A DNA stretch of 64,000 bases from Synechococcus sp. GTDB lineage: Bacteria; Cyanobacteriota; Cyanobacteriia; PCC-6307; Cyanobiaceae. The stretch is taken from NCBI GenBank assembly GCA_047285535.1, contig JBJBDC010000001.1, positions 1,440,136 through 1,504,135 of the forward strand. Direction: 5' to 3'. Positions within the stretch are counted from its first letter, which is position 1; every line of letters begins with the position of its first letter. Positions 23,780 to 32,633 of this stretch are shown in pieces. The notes below the pieces were generated by a model. That model ran no database searches. It saw only the letters and a list, made by a program, of their open reading frames with translations, and had not been told where the DNA came from. Made by a program: the position numbers and the translations under genes.

Positions 23780-24229
23780 ATGAAACGGATATTGCTGGCA
23801 CTATCGCTACTGATTGCCTACTCACAATTATCTCCAGCACCTATCTATAGCCATGATGCTCATGGTGCAGAAAAGCTTGGAGTCGTTGTTGATGAGATAT
23901 TGAATGATAGCAAAATGTGGAACGGAAAACTGCTTACGAGCTATCCGGATGGGCAACCCAAAATAAAAATACTGCGCATAAAAATCCCCAAAGGAATCAC
24001 ATTACCTTGGCACTATCATCCAGTTATTAATGCGGCTGTAATTCTCAATGGGGTATTAGAACTTAAAACAGTAGATGGCAACACAAAGACCTTCAGTGAA
24101 GGAGATGCTCTCGTAGAGGTTGTCAATATAATTCATTCCGGCAAAGCAGTAGGCGATGAAGACGTTGATTTAATTGTTTTCTATGCAAGCGAGAATGGAC
24201 TACCAACAACAGTTCTTGAAAAACCCTAG
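23780..24229 (+). CDS. Secreted cupin-domain protein
   Basis: Signal peptide; cupin motifs PKGITLPWHYHP and GDALVEVVNIIHSG. Confidence 0.85.
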   Translation: MKRILLALSLLIAYSQLSPAPIYSHDAHGAEKLGVVVDEILNDSKMWNGKLLTSYPDGQPKIKILRIKIPKGITLPWHYHPVINAAVILNGVLELKTVDGNTKTFSEGDALVEVVNIIHSGKAVGDEDVDLIVFYASENGLPTTVLEKP

Positions 24230-25518
24230 AGCAATCTATATCTTCACTTGATTCACCATAATGAGAGAAGGATAGTTTCAAAAGTAATACTACCCTCATG
24301 TAAATTTTTACAGCATGCCAGACAAACTAGAAAAATCGAGAATGCATAGACATTCGAATAAAATCAATCGCTTACAGGATTATCAGTATAGTCCACAGGA
24401 GTTTTTCCCTGATGAAAAGTCATTAAATTAAAACTGATCCTCAGTATTCAGGCAAGGAAGCGTGCGTTTTGGCATGAATAATATTCCAGCCAAGGAGGCA
24501 ATCATGCAAATCTGTTTAGCATACGGCTTCACATCAATTTTACTGTTTCAGTGATGAGTCTAATTGACATTTCGAATCAACATGATTTAAAAATGCACCT
24601 TCGACAAAATCAAACAAATTGTCATAGTCAGTATCCAGATCTGGTTCTTCACTGGATCAGATCACAAATTATATTCTAGAAGAACCTGGTTTAGACTATT
24701 AACAGCATTCCGAATATCATACCTACTCGCCCCCCTATTGATTGAACCGTGAGAATAGTCAAATGGATACCTCAGAGGCTTACCAAGTTACTCGATAAGG
24801 TGAGACGTCGAATTGCCTATGTACCAAAAGTAAATGACACTATCTCTTCAATGAAGGAACTAGGTGTCGATCTAAAAGATGATCGACAAATCAAATGACC
24901 AAGGGATTATACAGACTTGAATTATTTAATATTCCAGAGCAAAAATTACTTTTTTAGGATCTCTATGCACAAGCGCTCTCGTTCTCATGAAAATCAAATT
25001 TAAAACAAAAGCGCTTCACAAAGGCCTTTGGAGCAACACCGAGTGAATAAATATTTTCCTAGCAGATCTGGACATTGATCAAAACCATTTTCAACAAATG
25101 GACTTGACGCTTTCAATTGTCATGGGTTAGCGATCTGAGTCGCCTCTTCATTACAAATCCGAACAACGCGAATCGAAGACAATTTATGCAACGAAAAATG
25201 CAATTAGACATGAATCAAACAAAAACCACTAAAAAGAATCCTACAAAAAGGAAAGATATCATTCATTAGGTCAACGGGTCACAGCCAGCAGGCAAAGCAT
25301 CATCAATGTCTTTCACTCACATCACCCAGAACCTTTATTAGTGTGGGGCCAACGCAGATCTCAATAATAAAAACAAACAATAAATTCTAATTACTTGCCG
25401 CGACGATACTATCTCATCTAAAGCAATCGAAGGACATCAAAACATCTGTTCACAACAAAAAACTGGCAAACCAAGAGACATCCTCTTAAGCAAAAGGATC
25501 AGCCAAGAATATAGGTAA

Positions 25519-26397
25519 TTAATTATCACATTTATCGGCAGAATCTTCCAGCTGAAACGTACAATGATGGATGCCTAGAGAATTCATCCTATCCCTAGCA
25601 TTTATGATCAACTCATAATCCTCTTGATTCATTAATAGAGAGCGGACGACATGGGCTGTCAAAGCCACTCTTGATGTACTTAGAGGCCAAACATGCAAGT
25701 GATGAACTGATTGAACTCCTGGCAAAGTTTTCAAACTACTCTCCACTTCATGCAAATCAATATGAGTTGGAGTTGCATCTAACGCTTCTGCTAAAGCTTT
25801 TTTCAACAGATCAATACCCATCCATCCGACACTGCAGCCGACAAGAAGTCCAGTCAGAGGATCCAACCAAAGCCAACCAGTCGCACCCACGAGGAGCGTA
25901 CTCAGAAGCACCGTGGCGGATACCGCAGCATCACTGAGCAAATGTATAACCGCGCTCTTGCGATTAAGATCATGTCCATGATTTCCAAAGAGGCTGGCGG
26001 AGCAAAGATTCACCGCAAGACCAGCTACTGCGGCCCAAGCAATAGGTCCAGTAATAAGGGGAATTGGATTTCCAAATCGCTGCACTGCCTCAACGCAAAC
26101 CACAGCAGAAGCCATCAAAATAAGAACTGCATTGGCGACTGCTGCCATTTGCGTAGAGCGTCCAAATCCATAGCTAAAACGGCCTGTCGGGGCCCTATGA
26201 CTTAGAGATTCCGCTCCCCATCCCAACAAAAGTCCAACAACATCACCGATGTTGTGGACTGCATCGCCAATAAGGGCAATTGAGCCAAACGCGATACCGA
26301 TTGCAATCTGAAGACCACTTAGACCAGCATTAAGCAATACCGTCCAACGAAAAGCCCCATGGTGATGGTGGTGGCTCTCAGAATGATTACTGCTCAC
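25519..26397 (-). CDS. Cation diffusion facilitator (CzcD/ZitB-like)
   Basis: His-rich N-terminus, SIALIGDAVHNIGD, FSYGFGR, HLLSD, VHHLHVWPL; start GTG 26397 or TTG 26421. Confidence 0.92.
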   Translation of the reverse strand: MSSNHSESHHHHHGAFRWTVLLNAGLSGLQIAIGIAFGSIALIGDAVHNIGDVVGLLLGWGAESLSHRAPTGRFSYGFGRSTQMAAVANAVLILMASAVVCVEAVQRFGNPIPLITGPIAWAAVAGLAVNLCSASLFGNHGHDLNRKSAVIHLLSDAAVSATVLLSTLLVGATGWLWLDPLTGLLVGCSVGWMGIDLLKKALAEALDATPTHIDLHEVESSLKTLPGVQSVHHLHVWPLSTSRVALTAHVVRSLLMNQEDYELIINARDRMNSLGIHHCTFQLEDSADKCDN

Positions 26398-26617
26398 AGG
26401 ACAACACAGAAGCAATCCCAATATGGATCTAGTTCAGCGATATTGGTAAAGATTCGAAGTGACAAATGTTACGCAGAGAATCCGCAATTATAGGCTTTCT
26501 TCTGCCAATACAATCTCACAGCGATGCAACGCAAAGACTAGCCAGCATCAATTGCAAAAGAGTATCAACAACAATTAGCCTCCTTGCTGAACAGAATCAC
26601 TGCAAAGAATACAGCTA

Positions 26618-26634
26618 TTGATTGTGATTCTCAA
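26618..26634. promoter_or_regulatory. Fur/Zur-family box candidate
   Basis: T-TGATTGT-G-ATTCTCA-A matches 11/14 of TGATAAT-N-ATTATCA, between the divergent CDF and ferritin genes. Confidence 0.5.
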
Positions 26635-26727
26635 CAGCAAATCTTGTCTTGATAATGTTCGGTTCATTCGCCTTACATCGTCGAAAAAATGTAATAGAAC
26701 GGAGGAGTCCTCGTTTCGGACACCCTC

Positions 26728-27309
26728 ATGACTCAATCCACAACCCAAGCCAAGATCAGCATCGCCACCGGACCTGCTGGTCGTGCCATGGCAGAAGCCA
26801 TGTCACCGGAGATGGTCAGCCAATTGCAGGCCCATCTCAATCTGGAACGGCAATCCTCTGCTGACTATTTCGCTGCAGCCGTCTGGTTTGCAGAGCGCGA
26901 ACTCACTGGTTTTGCTGAACATCTGCGTAATGAAGCCAAGCAGGAGCAGGAGCATGCCGCAAAATTCGCCGACTATCTGATCTCCCGGGGTCAAACCGTT
27001 GAACTCGATACGATCGAAGCACCTCGCCAGACATGGCCCGATCCAGAAGAGGTGATCGCCAACGTTTTCAAGATGGAAGCGGATGTCACCAGTTCTGTGC
27101 TGCAGCTGTATGCCACAGCAGAGCGCGATGTTGATCAACGCACAACGGTTTTCCTTGATCCCGTTGTTGATGATCAGCGAGCCTCAGAACATGAAGCCGC
27201 TTACCTGCTGGGCCGGGTGAAGTATGCCAATGGTGAGCGTGCGGCGATGATGATCATTGACGCCGAACTCAGAGAAGATGAAGCGGAACCCGCAACGCTT
27301 CAGGCTTAA
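26728..27309 (+). CDS. ftn: Ferritin (picocyanobacterial SynFtn-like type)
   Basis: IATGPAGRAMAE extension; ferroxidase ligands in LNLE, Y, EQEH, MEADV, DQ. Confidence 0.93.
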   Translation: MTQSTTQAKISIATGPAGRAMAEAMSPEMVSQLQAHLNLERQSSADYFAAAVWFAERELTGFAEHLRNEAKQEQEHAAKFADYLISRGQTVELDTIEAPRQTWPDPEEVIANVFKMEADVTSSVLQLYATAERDVDQRTTVFLDPVVDDQRASEHEAAYLLGRVKYANGERAAMMIIDAELREDEAEPATLQA

Positions 27310-27380
27310 GCCTCAGTTCAAGCTTCTTGAACAATGCGTTTTCAATGTGGTCTGAATACGGCATGGCCTTACAAATCAAC

Positions 27381-27407
27381 AAAAAACCCCGCTAACGGCG
27401 GGGTTTT
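27381..27407. terminator. Bidirectional terminator between the convergent ferritin and porin genes
   Basis: AAAAAACCCCGCTAACGGCGGGGTTTT. Confidence 0.85.
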
Positions 27408-27432
27408 CTAATCACTTCCCAATCGAAACTAA

Positions 27433-29142
27433 TTAAAAAGTGAATGTTGTCCTCATAAAACATCCCAATTGATTAAAGCTCCCATTACTGGTCGCCGTAA
27501 ATTGACCCAAGGGTCGGCTCAGGTAAAAGAGTGCTGGAGTCACTGTGATGTTGTCGGTGACTTGGAATCCATACCACCATTCCCAAGCATAATTTCCATC
27601 ATCAGGCGTTTCACCTCCGACCAGTGCAGTAGCAAAGGTTGTTTGGCCTACAGCCATTCCAGCTGAGTTTCCTTGGAGAAAGACATCCTCCCACTTAAGA
27701 GACACTTGCCATGATTGCGACGTCAATACGTAGTCATCTGGAATGTTGTCTTCTTTGAAGTTAGTGGTGTTAATACCCCAGCCTGCGCTGATTGCAGGAA
27801 TCCAACCAGAATCTTCAGGCTGCCAATACGCAGAAAGTGCAAAAGCATTCAGTGATTGGTCTACGTCTTGAAGATAACTTAATTGTGTGTAGGCAGTGGA
27901 ATAAGGAACCAACTCAGGGCGTTGAAGCCAGCTGTACACACCTGCAATCCCCCACTGCTCAGCTTGATAACCAATCTGAACCGTTCCTACACCGTTGGCA
28001 TTATCGGTGAGGATTCCACCTTCGCTTGGGTTGCTGACAGGTCCAGAACCAATGTCGGACACATATTGGAGACTTACAACCCAACCGTTTTTCTCAAAAT
28101 TCAATGCTGCGCCAGGGCCTTGAATTTTGTTGTAGGCCGCGGGCGCACCGTTGAGAGTAAAGACATCAAGCACTGTGTTGCCATCACCCTGTGGATAAGC
28201 AGAAGGCCACATCGGCATCATGTCGTCTTGACCGACTTGTGCACCAAAAATGAAAGTGAAATCACTTCCAATCGGAGTGGAATAAAAAATCTTATCGATA
28301 TAGACGGAATTACCGCCACCACCTGACTCTTCCGAATTTGATGCCACTTCAAGTGTTGAAAGTGTGGTTGGACCACCACCAAATGGTGAGCTGCCGAAAT
28401 TACCTGCACGCAGAGTTGTTGTTAAAAGATCCTTACCGGTGAAGCTAGTGTTGAAATTAATTTGGGTGTCGTAATTGAAGGTGGTGGCCCCATATCTAGT
28501 CTTGACATACTTGGAATATTTTTGCCTGGTTTGAAAATCTACAAAGTCGCTATCTGAAGCCAAGAGCAAACCGAAACCTGGATTACCTGTGTCGCCACCG
28601 TCGATTGGAAAAAGGTTGTTGATTTGAGCAACAACATCTGGTGTGAAACGGAAATCACCCCCGAAGTTGTTAGCACCGATGACAAAGCTAGTTTGACCAT
28701 CAAGCTTCGTAGTTGTAGAGAACTGAGTGGCTTCCAGTTCACCAACACGGGCTTCCAGTCCGTCCACACGGCCCTTGAGGATGGCGAGTTCCTTCTCGAA
28801 CTCTTTCATCAGGCGCTTGAGCTCGTCGGTCACTTCGGTGACGCGATCGAGACAGGCATTCAACAGAGCCGCCGCTTCAAAGCGGGTCATCGCCCTGTTG
28901 CCGCGGTAGGTGCCGTTGGGGTATCCAGCGACGCAGCCATAGCGTTCGATCAGGTTTCTCAGTGCCTGATAGGCCCAATCCGTGGGGTACACATCAGAAA
29001 ACTGAGTGATGCTGGTGACTTGCTCACCAGTGGCGGTGTAGTCAGAGACACCGTTGATGTTCAACTCAGTGGCGTTCGCAGCCATAGGGGCCAGAAGGCC
29101 CAGGGCTGCTGGGGCGACCAGCAGTTGACGAAATAGTTGCAA
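27433..29142 (-). CDS. SLH-domain outer membrane porin (Som/iron-uptake porin family)
   Basis: Signal peptide, FSDVYPTDWAYQAL...GYPNGTYRGNRAMTRFEAAA SLH domain, coiled coil, QFSTTTKL, beta-barrel ending TFTF; TTG start. Confidence 0.95.
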   Translation of the reverse strand: MQLFRQLLVAPAALGLLAPMAANATELNINGVSDYTATGEQVTSITQFSDVYPTDWAYQALRNLIERYGCVAGYPNGTYRGNRAMTRFEAAALLNACLDRVTEVTDELKRLMKEFEKELAILKGRVDGLEARVGELEATQFSTTTKLDGQTSFVIGANNFGGDFRFTPDVVAQINNLFPIDGGDTGNPGFGLLLASDSDFVDFQTRQKYSKYVKTRYGATTFNYDTQINFNTSFTGKDLLTTTLRAGNFGSSPFGGGPTTLSTLEVASNSEESGGGGNSVYIDKIFYSTPIGSDFTFIFGAQVGQDDMMPMWPSAYPQGDGNTVLDVFTLNGAPAAYNKIQGPGAALNFEKNGWVVSLQYVSDIGSGPVSNPSEGGILTDNANGVGTVQIGYQAEQWGIAGVYSWLQRPELVPYSTAYTQLSYLQDVDQSLNAFALSAYWQPEDSGWIPAISAGWGINTTNFKEDNIPDDYVLTSQSWQVSLKWEDVFLQGNSAGMAVGQTTFATALVGGETPDDGNYAWEWWYGFQVTDNITVTPALFYLSRPLGQFTATSNGSFNQLGCFMRTTFTF

Positions 29143-29147
29143 ATTGA

Positions 29148-29157
29148 ACTCTCACAC
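29148..29157 (-). promoter_or_regulatory. Degenerate Yfr1 sRNA target site in the porin 5' UTR
   Basis: mRNA GUGUGAGAGU ends 5 nt before the start codon; the full complement of the Yfr1 motif ACUCCUCACAC is GUGUGAGGAGU. Confidence 0.55.
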
Positions 29158-29175
29158 CAGAAGATTCAAAATGCA

Positions 29176-29190
29176 TCGCAATGATTCTAA
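29176..29190. promoter_or_regulatory. Weak Fur/Zur-family box candidate upstream of the porin
   Basis: TCGCAAT-G-ATTCTAA matches 9/14 of the 7-1-7 consensus. Confidence 0.35.
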
Positions 29191-29476
29191 TGACCAAAAC
29201 ATATAAACAGGCAGCTACAAATACTACAATTGGACTGATAAAAAGATCATTCACACAAGAATTAGTGAGCCCTAGCATTTCTCTAAGATGATCCGCGTGA
29301 GGCATCGCCCCCCTCAACAAGAAGAGAGAAAAGAGCTCGACCTAACAATCAACAATTACCATTGAATGATTTGCTACATGATCACAAAAGCAGACTTAAC
29401 AAGCCAAGTTAGAATCTCCAAAAGCGTACAAATCACTTTGACCAAAACCGAAGACTACAAGCATCTCACAAAAAAA

Positions 29477-29764
29477 ATGAAAGAGTTTGATAAATTTGAA
29501 TTCTATAATAATATCAACTTGCATCACAAGGAATACAGCATCGGAATTGCCCTTGCTCTCACACTAGGATGGTGTGGAGTTCACAGATTCTGGCTAGGGG
29601 ACTACAAAGGTGGGATTATTTACCTGGCATTCTTCTGGACTTTATTACCATTTTTTTTCTCAATAGTTGACGCGATCTGCATGAAAAAAACGTGTAAAAA
29701 AATAAACAACACTTATGCTGTTGGCGCCTTTAAAAAAGCCTCTCACTCTAATCGACTCACTTAA
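29477..29764 (+). CDS. TM2/NINE-domain membrane protein
   Basis: LALTLGWCGVHRFWLG...IIYLAFFWT; start uncertain (the ORF opens at 29366). Confidence 0.85.
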   Translation: MKEFDKFEFYNNINLHHKEYSIGIALALTLGWCGVHRFWLGDYKGGIIYLAFFWTLLPFFFSIVDAICMKKTCKKINNTYAVGAFKKASHSNRLT

Positions 29765-29855
29765 GCCATTAAAAACCTTAAGTGAAATTGCATTTCAAGT
29801 TTGATTTTATCCACACACAATTAGGAGGCTTAGCTTCTCAGTCGATACCAAATAT

Positions 29856-30389
29856 TTATGCAACAGCAGCAGAGTTGAGATTAGAAGCACCTTGCAAATT
29901 TGCTAAAAATGTACCATCAAAAAATTGCTGATCAAGCAAAAGCATTGCGGCAGTATTTGTATTAGCCAATCTCAGTCGTTTGCAGATAAAACGGGCTTCT
30001 GATTCTTCTTTCACCTGTTCATCAATAAACCAATCCAGCATAACCGTTGCAGGCCGGTGGTTGCAGCGCTCAGCAATACCATAAATATGATTAATTGAGG
30101 CTGTTACTTCTTTCTCCATAGAATAAACATTTGAGAACAAATCTTCTAAAGAGTTCCATTCACAAGCTGGGGCCTCAATCGATGGAAGCTCAACTTTTTC
30201 ATCATTATCCACAAGGAAAGTAATCATGCGGGATGCGTGGGTTCTTTCTTCATTACTTTTCGTTTCCATGTATGCAGAGAATCCAATCAGATCCTTTTCT
30301 CTTAGCCAGATGGACATCGCAAGATAGGTATGACTAGCTTGGAATTCGCAAGCCAGATGATTGTTAATAGCAGAAGTGAGTTCTTTCAT
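29856..30389 (-). CDS. ftn: Ferritin (FtnA-like type)
   Basis: HLACEFQASHTYLAM, EERTH, MEKEVT, LDWFIDEQVKEE; ATG 30389. Confidence 0.93.
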   Translation of the reverse strand: MKELTSAINNHLACEFQASHTYLAMSIWLREKDLIGFSAYMETKSNEERTHASRMITFLVDNDEKVELPSIEAPACEWNSLEDLFSNVYSMEKEVTASINHIYGIAERCNHRPATVMLDWFIDEQVKEESEARFICKRLRLANTNTAAMLLLDQQFFDGTFLANLQGASNLNSAAVA

Positions 30390-30497
30390 GAGAAAAACAA
30401 AATTACGAGACAAGAAGAAAAGAGTGAGACAAACTATTATCAAAGCATGCAATCCACCACGAACACAAAAGAGAAGTGCATGATTGATAACGTATTT

Positions 30498-32336
30498 TCA
30501 ACCAAATATTAAGCCCCAAGATTGATAAAAACTAAAGGCAACAACCCATGCCACTATTATTGATACAATAATAGAAAAAATAGTGAAGCGAGCCGACTTA
30601 GTTTCACCCCAAATTGTTGCGACTGTAGTCAAGCACGGTACATAAAGCAAGCTAAATAGACAGTAACTAAAACCTTGTTGGAAATTAATAACACCGCCCA
30701 AAGTTGTTCTCAAAGCATCACTTCCTTCTCCAAATCCATACATGGTAGCAACAGCAGCAAGCTGCACTTCCTTAGCCACAAAACCAATGATCAAAGATAC
30801 TGTTAGATATGGATTAATACCTAAGGGCGACATCAGTGGCTGAAAAAATGTTCCAATTCGTCCAGCATATGTATTCATTCCTTCAGCCCCTCCAGGGAAA
30901 TTAGTGAGATACCAAGTTATACATGTGCCGATAATCATGAATATGGCAAGGTTCCTCACAAAGGTTGTCATTTCACTCCAAACATTTAAGGCAACTTGCT
31001 TAAAAGTAGGAGTTCTATATGGAGGCAGTTCAATCACAAATGGATCTTTTGACTTAAATTGCCCGCTAAAATTAAATATCATGGCCAATACAAATGCAAC
31101 CACAAAACTAATGATATAAAGCAACCAAAGAGCAAAATAACCCGTACCAGGCAGTATGATTCCCAGAAAAAACACAAAAACCTGCAATCTGGCTGAGCAA
31201 AGAGCAAATGGTATAATTAAAATAGATAGTAATCTTTGAGTTTTAGATCTAATTGTTCTTGTGCCCATGATGGCTGGAACATTACATCCAAATCCGAACA
31301 GTTGAAGAACAAATCCTCGACCATCTAAACCCGCAGCACGCATCAGAGCATCCATAAGATATGCAGCTCTTGATAGATAACCACTATCTTCCAGAGCAGT
31401 CATAACAACAAAGAAGAAAGCTACTAAAGGAACAAATCCAAGCAATGCCGCGAAACCAGCATAAGGACCATTAATGATGAATTCACTAAAGCCCTTCGGG
31501 AGAAAAGAAAGAGAGGGCTCAATCACTGCGCCTTGAAGCCAGTCAGTAAAATTTCCTACTGGATCTTGCAAAGGCATCCCCACGAACCAAATCGCCGCAA
31601 ACACCGCGAGCATTGAGATAAAAAATATTGGCAGACCAACAACTCTATTTAATAAAATTGAATCCAATCGATTACTGAAAGTAGTGACATCCTCAGAAGG
31701 CATTTCAACACCTATTCGAGTCACTTCATCCATATCATCATCTGTAACCTTGTTAACTTTAAAAAATCCTGCTATATCATTACATTTGTAGGAATTGTCA
31801 AGAGTTTGCAATTGGTCCCAAATTCCCTGGACTGCCAATGCGCATCCACTTCCATATTTTGCGCTAATTGTAAAGACTGGCATTTTTAATTCATCCGCAA
31901 GCTCCTTAGTGTTGATTTTAACTCCAAAACGTTTCACTTCATCTGCCATATTCAACATCAATACGCATGGGAGACCCAATCTCTGAATTTGAAGCGGCAT
32001 CAAAATTTGCCGATCAATCTGAGCCGAATTAATAACACAAACAATAAGATCAAAATTATAGTTCTCTAAGAATTTTTGCACCACTAATTCATCTTCAGTA
32101 AAACCCTCTAGGTCATATATTCCGGGGAGATCAACAAATTCGTATGTTTTACCGTTGTAATCAAGATTTGCCTGCATGAAATCAACAGTCAAGCCTGGCC
32201 AGTTTGCAACTCCAGCATTGGCTTTAGTGACCGTATTAAAGAAAGTAGATTTGCCTGTATTTGGCTGCCCAATAAAAACAATTCGAGGGATTTTGTTTTT
32301 GGCCTGGGTTGATGAGGCAGGACTAGCAACAATCAT
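30498..32336 (-). CDS. feoB: Ferrous iron transporter B
   Basis: GQPNTGKS, NWPGLT, DLPG, NMAD, LEDSGYLSRAA, GFGCNVPA, ELPPYR, LYVPC. Confidence 0.96.
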   Translation of the reverse strand: MIVASPASSTQAKNKIPRIVFIGQPNTGKSTFFNTVTKANAGVANWPGLTVDFMQANLDYNGKTYEFVDLPGIYDLEGFTEDELVVQKFLENYNFDLIVCVINSAQIDRQILMPLQIQRLGLPCVLMLNMADEVKRFGVKINTKELADELKMPVFTISAKYGSGCALAVQGIWDQLQTLDNSYKCNDIAGFFKVNKVTDDDMDEVTRIGVEMPSEDVTTFSNRLDSILLNRVVGLPIFFISMLAVFAAIWFVGMPLQDPVGNFTDWLQGAVIEPSLSFLPKGFSEFIINGPYAGFAALLGFVPLVAFFFVVMTALEDSGYLSRAAYLMDALMRAAGLDGRGFVLQLFGFGCNVPAIMGTRTIRSKTQRLLSILIIPFALCSARLQVFVFFLGIILPGTGYFALWLLYIISFVVAFVLAMIFNFSGQFKSKDPFVIELPPYRTPTFKQVALNVWSEMTTFVRNLAIFMIIGTCITWYLTNFPGGAEGMNTYAGRIGTFFQPLMSPLGINPYLTVSLIIGFVAKEVQLAAVATMYGFGEGSDALRTTLGGVINFQQGFSYCLFSLLYVPCLTTVATIWGETKSARFTIFSIIVSIIVAWVVAFSFYQSWGLIFG

Positions 32337-32375
32337 TGAATTTGAATCAGAGAAACTGTAATTAGTTTGTAGAAT

Positions 32376-32633
32376 TTAAGCTTTGGAGATTAAAACTAGT
32401 TTCGCTTCATTTTTACGAATTGCAATTTCTGTTGTACTTCCTACGCGAACTTGATAGGGGTCCCCAGCAGGAGCTTTTCTCAAGACCTTTACTGTCTTAC
32501 CTTTGCGTAAGCCCATTGCAATTAATCGATCTCTAAATCCATCTCCTAGCTGCGAGCCATCAGTAATCACCTCAACAACTGTGGCAGCACCATCTGATAC
32601 ATCAAGATCACTTAATGTTAAATCTGTAGTCAT
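32376..32633 (-). CDS. feoA: Ferrous iron transport protein A
   Basis: RLIAMGL..G..VKVLRKAPAGDP...IAIRKNEA; directly upstream of feoB. Confidence 0.93.
   Translation of the reverse strand: MTTDLTLSDLDVSDGAATVVEVITDGSQLGDGFRDRLIAMGLRKGKTVKVLRKAPAGDPYQVRVGSTTEIAIRKNEAKLVLISKA

Noticed and set aside
28624..29136. 170-aa plus-strand ORF antisense to the porin 5' end
   Set aside because: Shadow ORF produced by biased codon usage on the coding strand; no recognisable motifs
18832..30213. Isolated DnaA-box-like 9-mers (about 18832, 28191, 29807, 30205)
   Set aside because: Single and dispersed, two of them inside coding sequence; not clustered
30390..30452. Apparent hydrophobic N-terminal extension on ferritin 2, suggesting export
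   Set aside because: Depends on an upstream TTG in T-rich intergenic DNA; ATG 30389 gives a normal ferritin length
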